This document shows positions 51,696 through 64,000 of a DNA stretch of 64,000 nt, piece after piece (within the stretch, counting starts at the first letter, position 1; each line of letters opens with the position of its first letter). Made by a program: the position numbers and the translations under genes. Source of the DNA: Octopus sinensis (lineage: Eukaryota); NCBI RefSeq assembly GCF_006345805.1, contig NC_043006.1, positions 96,844,001 to 96,908,000 on the forward strand. The letters run 5' to 3'. The notes below the pieces were generated by a model, which made no database searches, was not told where the DNA came from, and saw nothing but the letters and a program-made list of their open reading frames with translations.

Positions 51696-52921
51696 CAGTG
51701 GTTGGACAAAATAATGAAAACACCTTAAAATTTCAACAAATTTATTTTAATATGGAGTAGCACCGCCTTTGGCAGTAATTACAGCCTGAATTCTAGGAGG
51801 TATGAACAAAGTTTTAATATTTTCAATAGTAATTTTTGTCCATTCTTCAACTGAAATAGTCTCCAGTTCTTACAATGATGATTGTAGACCATATCGACTC
51901 TTTACTTGTTTTTCTAAAATGCACCATAAATGTTCAATAATATTGAGATCTGGGGACTGTGGTGGCCAGATAAGATGTTCAACTTCACTAGAATGTTCCT
52001 TGTGCCATTCAGTAACAACTTTAGCTGTGTGAATTGGTGCATTATCATCCTGAAAGATTGCGTTCATAGGATGAATTTGATCAGATAAAATGCTTAAATA
52101 GTCTTGACTATTAATTCTGACATGAAGGGAAACCATTGGACTGGCGGATTTCTAAGATATACACCCCGCCCAGATTATCACAGATCCTCCTGCATACTTA
52201 AAAGTTGGAAGAAGGCAGTCTTGGTCAAATGCTTCTTTTGGCTGTCTCTACACGTATACTCGGCCGGTGATCAGAAATAAGGTAAAGGATAATTCTAGGG
52301 ACCAATTCTGTAGGTTTTTACTCCGCTTTAAACGCTTTGTAACGTTTGTTTTTTAAAATAGTGGTTTTCTGATTGCAACCCTCCGTTAAATCCGGCTTTG
52401 TGCAGCTTTCTGCGAACAGTTTTTGTGGAAGTTGGGTTCACGAGGTGGCCATTAAGCTCTGTAGTACTTTTGGGAGCTGTACTTTTGTGATCCTTTCAAA
52501 CAATTCGTGTAAGATTCCGACGGTCCCTGTCTGAAAATGTTGGATTATTTCCGGAGTTTTGTTTCGTCGAGGAGGTTTTTCCATCTTTCTCAAAGGCTCC
52601 CATTACTTTTGAGACAGTATTTGACGCACCAAACATTTCGGCTGTTTTCGTTACGCTAGCGCCTACCATACGAACACCAACAATTTGACCTCTTTGAAAT
52701 TCCGATAGATCTGTCATTTTAATGAATTTTAATTACCTTTTTCTGATGATATCTGAAAAGAAACAGCAATTTTAGCAAAACTTTATTTGGCAACACTAAT
52801 AATAAATCAAAATACTAATAATAAATCAAATAAAAATAACCAAGCTTTTGACGGTTCTATAGATATTTCAGAATTATGATGCTATGATGCTAGGTGTTTT
52901 CATTATTTTCTCCAGCCCCTA
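51696..52921 (-). mobile_element. Tc1-like DNA transposon, degenerate
   Basis: TIRs cagtggttggacaaaataatgaaaacacct / aggtgttttcattattttctccagcccct; transposase MTDLSEFQRGQIVG...IFQDDNAPIH...WPPQSPDLNIIEHLW; first catalytic Asp region appears deleted. Confidence 0.9.
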
Positions 52922-52924
52922 TAT

Positions 52925-53100
52925 ATATACCAGAGTAAGCACATAAATGCGAAACAAGGTGGATAAATAGTACTCGAATACCCGAGGCAGAGTAATAAGC
53001 TTTATTAAAAAGCAGCAAAAATATCACAAAAACTGTTACTCAGAGTTTCTCGTTCCCGTTCGTCGGACAGCTTTGTTTAGAATGGAGCAAGATAAACTTA
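52925..53100 (-). mobile_element. Repeat after (TA)n with decayed hammerhead (53031-53073)
   Basis: AAGCUGU CCGACGA ACG GGAA CGA GAAAC UCUGA GUA ACAGUU; U4C change in core; homologue at 63490-63605. Confidence 0.6.
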
Positions 53101-54324
53101 TATGCAGAAATACAATTACTTTGATAAATATACATTTGAAAATGGTTTTGTTTTATTGGTCCTTTCAACTGACGGTCTTTTCAATAACCTGCTGCATGAA
53201 ATAACAAATTGTGGTTTAAAATCAAATGATTATATAAAACCGAAGAAAGCCTTAAATCAAAAATAGCTTATGAAGAAAGAAAAAGGCCTGAATACTCAGG
53301 GTAAATAATTAGTTGTAAAAATAATAATTAATTAATTAATTAAAATATATATCCGTTTGGTAATAGGCCTTCCAGGCTCGCCGTGAGGTTTAAAATGTCA
53401 ACCGATAAAATACCATATGGGTAAAATATTTTGACTTTCGGAAAATTTTGACTCGCATTTGAATTTGACTTTACACCTTATAGTTATTTTGTATTACAAT
53501 GCTAGTGTATATTTCGACTTCACTTTTAAGAAAGCCTTTGACTTTTTTACAAATTTAAGCTTAAGTTTTGCCGAGGTATATTTAACTTAACGTGCAATTT
53601 CTTCATTTTAACATTTTAATATTATATACACCAGACACGTTTTTAAAATGTTTGCCTATCTACGTTATGATGTATATATTTATCTTGATGTGAAAATATG
53701 TCACTCTATATATATGTGTGTGTATGTATGTATTGTAGATATACGTATGTATGTATGTATGTATGTATGTATGTATGTATGTATGTGTGTGTGTTGTGTA
53801 TGTATGTATTGTAGATATATGTATGTATGTATGTATGTATGTATTTATGTATGTATGTATGTATGTATGTATGTATGTATGTATGTATGTGTGTGCGTGA
53901 GTGTGTGTGTGTGTGTGGGGGGGGTACAGGATGTCACAGAACGTAAACAACATGAAAAGTAAGTATATTTTCCGGTCTTGTATTACGAAGTAACTTATTT
54001 GAGGACAATGTTTAGAAAGTTTCGCATGTAAACAAAAACTTGTTAGGATTGAAACATGTGTAGGATCTTTTTTTTTTTTTATCTTTTGGTTATTTTGTTG
54101 ATCCGATTCCATTTATACCTATTCTTGTAGGTATCCCTAATAATTTGCATTACTTTTCTATTGTGATACAAATAAAACGAACCAAGCATCTATAATGCTT
54201 TTTCTTCTCCATTTTCTTTATTTACCTTATAGTTTATGAGACTCTTTATACATATATACTGAGGAACTTTCTATCAACATATTTGATAAAAATAAGCAGT
54301 TAGCATCTGGATTGCTATTAACAA

Positions 54325-54354
<30 letters not shown>

Positions 54355-54359
<5 letters not shown>

Positions 54360-54470
54360 GAAGAGCGTAGGTTCGAAACGCAAAAATGTTTCTCACCTCC
54401 CGAGCGTTAATCTAATACATCTGTTTGTTGTTTACACACCAGTCTTCGTCGATTTTTGTAAATTCTCACT
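54355..54470 (+). mobile_element. Truncated copy of the 28960-29210 repeat
   Basis: gaagagcgtaggttcgaaacg...gagcgtt...catctgtttgttgtttacacacc. Confidence 0.65.
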
Positions 54471-54482
54471 ATACATACATAC

Positions 54483-54541
<59 letters not shown>

Positions 54542-54878
54542 GTGTGTATGTAATGTATATATATATATATATATAAATGTTATAAGTAGTTGAATGAATT
54601 ATCCTAGTATGGATAATTCGGTTAACCGATACCCGCGTAGTAAATTTACGTCAGAAAGCATGGTTGAAGCTACACGCCAAGGGCAGAAATCACGTGCTGG
54701 GCAGTCATCTAAAAGTTTTTGTTCGTCATGATGCTGACATAAGTTCCTTGGCTTTCCTGATGAGAAGACGGCATAATGCACCCTTTATTCCTTCGGAATT
54801 AAGAATATGCACTCTTCGAAACATGTGTCGAGAATAAAGGAATTTTGTTAAATCGTCGTTCAACTCCATTCTTTCATT

Positions 54879-54919
<41 letters not shown>

Positions 54920-55388
54920 TGTATGTATGTATATGTATATATAAAAAATGGAACAAGGACGCAACAGACGACAATAAAATATTCGGAGAGATAGATGATG
55001 CGAAGACGAACAGGAAAAAACAACAATAGAGATACGGACAAAAGAAGGATGGGCCATTTGATATTTGATGCTCTTAACTTCGATTTGTGGGGCCAGCCAT
55101 ATTTCAACAGTCTCAAGTGTAACCGGCCAAAACTGTAAGTGTAATCTGGAAGCTTGACTGAGGAGAGAAGACCACGAATGCCCCATTCTTGCCTTGTCCT
55201 GTCCGTCTTTTTGTTCGTCAGTTGCGTTCTTGTTCCATTTTGGGGAATTATATATACATATAATGGCGTACGTACACTTTTGCTCACCTTGTAAGCATAT
55301 ACATACATACATATATAACACACACACATACACACACACACATACATATATATTATAATATATATATATTATATATATATATAATATA

Positions 55389-55426
<38 letters not shown>

Positions 55427-55473
55427 TATATATATATATATGTATATTTATATATATATTATATATATATATA

Positions 55474-55723
55474 TATTAAATTAGAGATATAACCACTATT
55501 AGGCAAATCAAACAATGAAAAACATAAGCTAATACATAAAATAATTAATTATATTATTTTAAATATAAATCAAAAATTAAAAGTTAATAAAAGATATTAT
55601 CTTTTATTAAACTTTTAATACTTTTGATTTATATTTAAAATAATATAAATAATTAATTTTATGTATTAGCTTAGTTTTTCATTGTTTGATTTGCCTAATA
55701 GTGGTTTTATCTCTAATTTAATA
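55474..55723. repeat. 250-bp AT-rich fold-back after a (TA)n tract
   Basis: Arms pair around att at 55596-55598; left arm also present at ~38836-38910. Confidence 0.9.
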
Positions 55724-55847
55724 TAAGTTAATATTTTACTATATAAAATGGATTTAACCTAAATCTGATTTTTCCCTGTAAGTTTGGATTTTTCCCTAAT
55801 ATTTTATTATTATTATTATTATTATATTATTATATTATTTTATATTA

Positions 55848-55914
<67 letters not shown>

Positions 55915-56039
55915 ATATATATATATCGAGTATATAATTTTATAAGTATAATTATAAAACTATATTAAAGGCAACTATATATATATATGTATTTCAAGGA
56001 TTGAACAAAAAGACAACGAACAGAAGACACACACATACA

Positions 56040-56074
<35 letters not shown>

Positions 56075-56609
56075 GCGCGCGTACAGACATACATAATACA
56101 CACATACATACATCCATACATACAATCACTATTTTATGAGTGTTAAAGAACAGACCTCCGCCTCGATGGGGCAAAACTTTTCAGGGTCAAGTCAGTCATG
56201 TCACCCACGATTATTACTTCACTATCAAGCTCTGTCAGCCGAACCCCTAAGTCACAAGATAGGAAGGCCTAAGGACATTTACTACACAATATTGAAAATA
56301 TAAAAGTAAACGCATGTATGTGCATGTAATATATATATATATATATTTACACGAACATACACACATACACACACACACATATATATAAACATATGTACAC
56401 ACGCAGGTACACATATACGAACATACGCACACACAAAAGTGAGATTACGAACGACAAAGACATCAGCAGATGTAAAGAAAAAATATATAATCTACCAGAA
56501 AGAAAACAACAACAACAACAACAGGCTTCTGCTAAGATAATTTAATCTAATGGCCCAGTGCTCCTTCTGGCGATAATATATGTTTATAAATGTGTATGCT
56601 GCCATATAT

Positions 56610-57430
56610 ACATATAAATATATGTATGCTTGTTTTGTGTGCGTGCGTTTGTGTGTGAGTGTGTGTATATCCAGATGCATCTGTGCGTGTGTGTCTGTCT
56701 GTAGGTATGTATAGTATATATGTATGTATTTAAACTGATGTGTGCGTGTATGTATGTAAGCATGTATATATGTGGAGGTTTGAATATGTATCCGTGCTTG
56801 TGTTGTATGTCTGTGCTTGTATCTGAGTGTGTGTGTGTGGTGTGTGTGTGTTAATGTGTGTGTATGTGTGTGTGTTTGTGTGTGTGCGGGTGCGTTTGAA
56901 TGTGTGTGTGTGTCTCCATGTGTCTGTTTGTAGGTATGTATATATATAAATATGTAAGTATTTAAACTGATGTGTGTGTATGTATGTAAGTATGTATATA
57001 TATATGTGGGTGTGTGAATATGTGCCCGTGCGTGTGTTGTATGTGTGTGCTTGTATCTGAGTGTGTGTGTGTGCGCGTGTGTATTTCTGGGTATGTATAT
57101 GTATAAATATATGTATGGATTTAAACAAATGTGTGTATGTGTATACGTGTGTGTAACCATGTATGTTTGTGGGTGTGCATGTACTCGTACATGTATTGTA
57201 TGTGTGTGTTTGTATTTGTGTGAGTGTGTGTGTGCGTGTGTGTATGTGTGTGTGTGTATGTGTGTGCGTATGTGTGTGTGTATGTGTGTGTGTGTGTGTG
57301 TTTGTGTGTATGTGTGTGTGTATGTGTGTTGTATATGTGTGTGTGTGTGTTTGTGTGTATGTGTGTGTGTATGTGTGTGTGTATGTGTGTGTGTGTGTAT
57401 GTGTGTGTGTGTGTGTGTGTGTGTAGGCAA
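56610..57430. repeat. Degenerate (TG)n array with a ~235-bp internal duplication
   Basis: tgtaggtatgtat...tttaaactgatgtgtg...tgtgcttgtatctgagtgtg repeats near 56700 and 56930. Confidence 0.9.
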
Positions 57431-57974
57431 AAGGCTTGTGGCACCTGCTAAAATGATACGGAGTGTGCGTAATTCCTTAAGAACAGCTTAATGGTTTTGC
57501 CAATAACTTTCATTTGTTGGGTGTTCATTTGGGAGTAACATGTCGGATAATTATCAAATCTGTTTTGATAAGGATAACTTGATTATCAAGATTAATTTTT
57601 GACTTTCTTATTTCAGAAAGGAAACACAAACTAGAAAAAATATTTATATTTATTTCGCATAATTTATGTGCAATCCAACACTTACACACGCATACATATA
57701 CATACACACAAAAATATATACATACGCACAGAAACATATACCCATATATAGATACATACACACACACACACGCACATTCACGCACAGAAATATACACTCA
57801 TACATATCTTCATCTATACATACACGAATATACATAAACTGACGAAAATCCTTGTGTGTTCGTGTGTGTACGCGCGTGTTGTGTGTGTGTGTGTGTGTAC
57901 GTGTGTGTGTGTGTGTGAGTGAGTGTGTGCTTGTGTGTATATGCGTGTGTGTGTGACTATGTGAATATCTGCAT

Positions 57975-59900
57975 AAGATTCCTGGCCGCCGCCGCCGACA
58001 AATTCTTCTTTTCTCGGACACGCAGCAGCTACTTCGTTCGCTACCAGATTACAGATTTTGTTGTGTCTGGCAAGTCCTGGACCTTTAAGAGCTCCACAAA
58101 CTCCACTGACGTGAGAAATCGTCTCCGCTCCTACCCTACACCTTGGACACGTGGAGACCCCTCGGACCCCACGTGTCAAAATCTCTCGGGTGGGAAATAC
58201 GTTTGAGCGCATCTTGAGAAGACTCAAGAAGCACCTCTCCGTAATCCCATCCGGTCTGCTTATCCAACTATTGCCATTTGCATCCCCACGAAATGCCGCT
58301 GCACACGACCCGTATACCGGCTGGGATGCCCAGGTATGGGAGTGCACCAGCCGGATGTCAGTGTCGTATTTCGGTAGCTTCAACGGGGAGCAAGTCGAAG
58401 GAAACTATCAATTGCTGATTTTGTTCGGCTAATCCTGCAGAATCCGCAATCTTTTTTCACGGAGGCGTATCCCGAAATCAGAAGGCGAAGATCAAGGCAG
58501 ATGACACATTTGGGGATCGGCCTCACCATCTGGTGTAGACTGAACCCGCTATCACGCCGACTGCTATATAAGAAAGAAGTGGTATCCGGGAGACGAAGAA
58601 TCCTCCTACCTCCTACACGGATGACTCTGTCAAGTCTCTCGAGAATTCCTCTTGACGGCAGCACCTGCGTAAGACTATAAGATAGTATCGGAAGGTAGTA
58701 CTGTTGAAACAAGAGGAATTTCTGTCGGGATTTCAATGGACCCATGCAAGTCTTATCGATATCCAGAGACACCTGCTCCACCGAATCTAAACCAAATTCC
58801 CGACTCGAGCTCCAAGTGCATGTAGGAACATTAAGTCCCAGGTAGTACACCTCTCCCGGTTCTACCTTTTTAATCGCGATACCATCGAGACTCGGCGGGG
58901 TGCTATCGTTGACAAAATAGGACTTGCCCCAGCCACGTATGGAAAATCACGTACACTTCCCGATATTGATACCTAGCCCGACTGCGCGATAGAACTCCAG
59001 GCATCTATCCACAACAGTCTTGAGACCATCACGCGAGTCAGCGACTAGGACCAAATCGTCAGCCTACGCGAGTCCTGCCATTCTAGTCCCCTCAACACAG
59101 ACCTCCGCTGTCCGACAAAATTTCCAACAGCAGATCGGTCGCAATGTTGAAAAGGATTGGCGAGAGCGCGTCCCCTTGCTTAACACCACGCCGAATCTTG
59201 ATGGGCTCGCTAGGTTGCCCACCGACTGAGAATCTGATAGTGCTCCTTTCATAGATACCCTCCACGAGCACTATTACGTGGTTGTGGTAGCTAAGCCTTC
59301 GCAGTCCCGCATACAAAAACAAATGCGAGACTGTGTTGAAGGCCTATTGGCGACCATTGACGATATGTTTTCGGAATCAGGACGGATTTTCCTCGCTTCA
59401 GTATATCGGGAACCTTCCCAGCCAGCAACATGCAGTTACACAAGTTGGCCAGGATACAGGGGTCCATGGACTTAACCTCACGAACGCTTAGTTCATTAGG
59501 ACCCGCCGCTGAGGAAGGATTCATTTGTCTCCGATTAATTTTCTCCTCCTCCACGGAGAACCGTCGCAAAATAGGACAGTTGTCCACTTTGGAGGAGGAA
59601 AGACAGTAGGAGAGATCCACCTCAGGGCCCGAAGTGGAAAGCCTTCCACTATAGAACAGTTCTATAGCGGACATAGGGATTGGGCATCCCTGCTCCGCAT
59701 CCTTGCCAAGGACTACTACTAGGAGCTTCTTCTTGTCCTTACTAAACAATTCGTGCTCGATACCCTCTAAGATGATTCGTGCATTTATTGTAGCGGTCCT
59801 GCAGTTTTTCTAAGCCCTGTAAAATAACTCTGAAGATTGGGCCTCTGATCAGGCCTTTCGCGACACCCTTAAAACCAGGAACTTTTCAACATCTCCTATT
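57975..59900 (-). mobile_element. R2-like non-LTR retrotransposon fragment (RT, thumb, CCHC), truncated at both ends
   Basis: SAAGPNEL...VLIPK, RGVKQGDALSPILFN, stop-ADDLVL (59055-59066), PLKSRQK...LDRVIR...LP...FLY, GNSWI...LKMRSNVFPTR...CPRC...ETISHVSGVC...RHN. Confidence 0.87.
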
Positions 59901-59978
59901 TACAAGAACGTGCCTATGTATGTATGTATGAATGTATGCATGTATGTATGTATGTATGTATGTATGTATGTATTGATG

Positions 59979-60009
<31 letters not shown>

Positions 60010-60129
60010 GTATGTATTTAAGTATGCATGTTTGGAAGTATGTGCGCATGTGTGTGTGCATGCGGGTGTGTGAGTATATGTGCATGTGTCTTATTGTCTG
60101 GATGTGAATGCATAATTTGTCCACATGTA

Positions 60130-60420
60130 GGCGCAGTGGTGACTCTGTGGAATGAAGTTTGCTTCCCAACCGCATTGCCTTGTGAATGGATTTGGTAGAT
60201 GGAAACTGAAAGAAGCCCGTCGTATGTATATATATATATGTATGTATGTGTGTGTGTACACGTACGTTTTTGTGTGTGTGTGTGTGTATGTGTATCAGTG
60301 TGTCTGTGTTTGTCCCCCATCCCCACTTGACAATCGGTGCTGTGGTGTTTATGTCCCCGTAACCTGGAGGTTCGGCAAAAGAAACCGATAGAACGAGTAC
60401 CAGGATTAAGAAAAGATAAA
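60130..60420 (+). mobile_element. SINE family B, internally deleted
   Basis: ggcgcagtggtgactctgtgg head and ggatttggtagatggaaactgaaagaagcccgtcg body. Confidence 0.78.
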
Positions 60421-60989
60421 TATCCGGCGCGAGAGGCGCACAGAATAAACCAACTTCAAGAGGTTAAAATTGATAACACCCAAATTACAGTGGGGGCAAA
60501 CACTACCTTTTGGCTCGTGTATACGAATATATATATATGTGTATGCGCGCGCATATATATATATGTGTATGTGTGTGTATGTGTTAACAGAAATCCATAG
60601 AATAAGTATCTATAAGTATCTGGCATTAAAAATATATAAGTACCAGAGTCGATTTGTGTTCAACTAAAATCTTTCGAGGTGGTGCCCCACCACGGCCGCA
60701 GTCTACTGACTGAAGCAAGCGATACATACATACATACATACATACATACATACATACATACATACATACTTATATACATACATAAATGCATACATACATA
60801 AATACATACATACATACATACACACATACATACATACTTACATACATACATGCTTACATACCTATATATATAAATATATATATATATACGTATGCAATGT
60901 ATGTATACAGAGAGATAGAGAGAGAAGGAGAGAAGAGATAAATCTATATAGACAGAGGTGTGTGCGTGCATGTGTGTGTGTGTGTGTGT

Positions 60990-61370
60990 GTGGCGTTTGT
61001 GTGAGCGGTTGTGTGGACGACATGCTTCCGTGCAGTTTACGTTAAAGAAATTCTACCCCGGGTTCAGTCTCACTGCGTGGCAACTTGTGAAAGTGTCTTC
61101 TACTATAGCCTCGGGACAACCAAAGCCTTGTGAATGGATTTGTTGACGGAAACTGAAAGAAGCCCGTCGTATCAACATATTTTCGTGTGTGTGTATTTGT
61201 GTGTTTGTGTCTATTTCTCCACCACCATCGCTTGACGACCGATGTTGGTGTTGTTACGTCCCATTAAATTAGCGGTTTGGCAAAATAGAATAAGTCTTGG
61301 ATCGATTTCTTCGACCAAAACCCTTAAGGTAGTGCTGCAGCATGGCCGCAACCAAATGAATAAAAGAATA
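60990..61370 (+). mobile_element. SINE family B, diverged
   Basis: ccgggttcagtctcactgcgtggcaacttgtgaaagtgtcttctactatagcc...gcatggccgcaaccaaatg. Confidence 0.78.
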
Positions 61371-62057
61371 TAACATTTGTCATTCTGAGGCAAAAGTTAA
61401 AATATTAAAAATCAAAAAAAAAGTCCCGCGCACTGAGGATCGGTCCCGGAACTCACGGATAGTTGCAGAGAGAACTTTTTAACTCCTTAACCACGCAGCC
61501 AAGCCTCTCGCATATTTAATACTATGACATTACTCTAGTTAACAGCAACTGGCAACGGGATTTGCAAAACTTGATCTGCTCATATCTTATATTTCAAAAG
61601 TAAGGCGTGATTCTTAAACCTTTAAGATTTTTTGATAATGTTTAAGAGATTAAACTGACCGATCTTGAGGCAATTAGGTAGAACAAACAAATATATCAGG
61701 AGATAAAAAAATATACTGGTTCACAAAACTTCAATCTTATAAAAATGATGAAAGCGGGCGATAAGATAGGAGAGGATAAAGCGGAAATAAAGTTGTATAA
61801 GAGTCTAGGCTTTGGAGATGTGAGGTATCGAATTCCGGACACAGTAGTATGAAGTTAGCAGTTCCGAATGGAAGTTTCTCGTTAAACGACCACATATGTG
61901 TGATGTGATAATTCTACAGGTTTTTAGTTTAAGTATAGTAACTAGGTGTTTGACGAGCGTATGAGTGTGTTTGAGCTTGTGTAAGTGTATATGAGTGTGT
62001 ATATGTGTATATATATATATATATGGGGGGTGCGTATATATATGTAAATATATGTCA

Positions 62058-62095
<38 letters not shown>

Positions 62096-62412
62096 AAATA
62101 TATGTGTATACCTATATGTATATAAATTTGTGTGTATATATTTATGTTAAAAGGAACGACTGTAACATGTTTGTATGGTTTATATGTATAAATATGTATT
62201 TAATTGAATACACGCACTCATAATTATGGATTTATATATGTATTTCGTCACATACATATACATATATACATATACAACATATATATATATATATTATATA
62301 TCTTATATATATATATATAGAGAAGAGAGAGAGAGAGAGAGGAGATGATAGATAGATAGTTATGTATGATATATGTATATATATATATATTATATATATA
62401 TATATAACATGT

Positions 62413-62445
<33 letters not shown>

Positions 62446-63344
62446 GGGGGAGGCAAAGAGGAAATATACGTACATACTCACGGACATGCATACATACGTG
62501 TTGTATACGTATATATGTTATATGTATGTATATATATATATATATCTATACATATATATACACCACGCATTATATATATATATAAATACATGGAAGGTAA
62601 GAATTCTTAACAGATGGATTAATCTTAGCTGTAATCTAAAATGTTGATGATTATCTCAGGACAGAGCGGAAGTCAGACGAAAGAGAGAAGGAAAGTAGAG
62701 AGGAAAGGAGTAGAAAGGAAAACCTATTACAGCCACCAACACAATCATCCCTATCAACAACGACCACTAAAAACAACAACAACAACAACAACAGCAACCA
62801 CAGTTACTAATCATAAAATCAACATGAAGCATACGAAATTAAAAAGTACGAAACAGAAACAATATACACACAAATGTAAACATAGAGCGCAACCGGAATT
62901 CCCTGATGATGGGTAATATGATCGTGTTTCCGACACATGGTACAAATGAGGTGGCTGTGCGACCATTTTTCAATGAAGCCATCATGTAAGTTAAAATCGC
63001 CTCCATTACTGAGAATATATGAGCTTAACGTATTGCTCTGAACTTATGTCTATGGCCCTTGAAGTATGTCTGCCTGACCCTGTGAGAGTATACGTATATA
63101 TATATATATATATATATATGCATTTGCTTCAGTTTGGATGTGTGATAAAAATAGTGGTGAAGCATCAGATTACGGTAACTTGTGAGGGAAAATGCTGGTG
63201 TCCTCACTCCTACGCACTAAGTCAATGATATCGTTCGCTCTCTGTCTGTCTTTCTCGCTCTCTCTCTCAATCCCTATATATATATATATAGAGAGAGAGA
63301 GAGATGTATATATACACACATATATATTATTACGTATATATGTA

Positions 63345-63382
<38 letters not shown>

Positions 63383-63422
63383 GCACACACACATATGTAT
63401 AATTATTATTATTTCTATTACA

Positions 63423-63466
<44 letters not shown>

Positions 63467-63489
63467 GATTATTATGGTTATTATTATTA

Positions 63490-63605
63490 AAGCTGCAAAA
63501 TTATCATAGAATTGTTACTCAGAATTTCACGTTCCCGTTTGACGGACAGTTGTGATGAATACTCCAATTTTGGTATTCGGGTACTATTTTTCCATCTAGT
63601 TTTTA
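63490..63605 (-). mobile_element. Decayed copy of the 52925-53100 hammerhead-bearing repeat with inverted end piece
   Basis: ttgttactcagaatttcacgttcccgtttgacggacagtt followed by the reverse complement of part of 52935-52990. Confidence 0.55.
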
Positions 63606-63755
63606 ACTTACATGGGGGAAAGAAATAGTCCAGCTAGACTATTAGATGTTCCAGTAGTACTAATCATAATACTAATCATAACCAATAATGCTATTAACTA
63701 CAGTAGTATGCTAGATACTTTACTGGAAGTGGAATGTATGGAATGTAGTAATGGT

Positions 63756-63935
63756 GGTGAGCTGGCAGAATCGTTAAGCACGCCGGCCAAAATGCTTGGT
63801 GGCGTTTCTTACGGCTATACGTTCTGAGTTCAAATTCCACCGGTATTGACTTTGCCTTTCATCAGTAACAGTTGACCAACGGGGTTGATGTAATCGACTA
63901 GCTCTCTCCTCCAAAATCTCTACCTTTGTATCTCT
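63756..63935 (+). mobile_element. SINE family A
   Basis: ggtgagctggcagaatcgttaagcacgccggccaaaatgctt...gttctgagttcaaattcc...gactttgcctttcatc. Confidence 0.82.
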
Positions 63936-64000
63936 AATAGAAAAGATTATTCCAAAAGAAGAGATTATTAATCATTAGTAAAGAACAGTCGTCCAGACTT

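Noticed and set aside
61410-61515. tRNA gene candidate on the minus strand with a poly-T end
   Set aside because: No proper cloverleaf; resembles a decayed SINE head.
62890-62945. cctgatgatggg...ccgacacatggta
   Set aside because: No intact GAAA and no stem I pairing; at best a heavily decayed relic.

Overview
AT-rich, repeat-saturated eukaryotic DNA. The tRNA-derived SINE families look like those of octopus/coleoid cephalopods (recognised from memory, not by a search). No host protein-coding gene is supportable; the long ORFs at 6-9, 13-15, 29-30, 36 and 56-57 kb are microsatellite artefacts. Mobile elements: a near full-length Tx1/L1-like LINE (41.3-47.1 kb) that splits a SINE; a cluster of restriction-like-endonuclease (R4/Dong-like) LINE fragments in (TAA)n; an R2-like fragment; RTE and CR1 fragments; two Tc1 and one mariner relic; two non-autonomous Helitrons; one Helentron-type element; many SINEs. 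Main observation: several sequence-unrelated non-coding elements each carry a minimal type I hammerhead ribozyme with a palindromic stem III (dimer-type). They include a ~350-bp tandem array (4 ribozymes), a 594-bp array (2), a 364-bp element with a U3-A8 core variant and a fold-back with a G3-C8 core variant. Most sit in (TA)n tracts and end in a partial inverted copy, which fits retrozyme/Penelope-like non-autonomous elements with predicted small circular RNAs.
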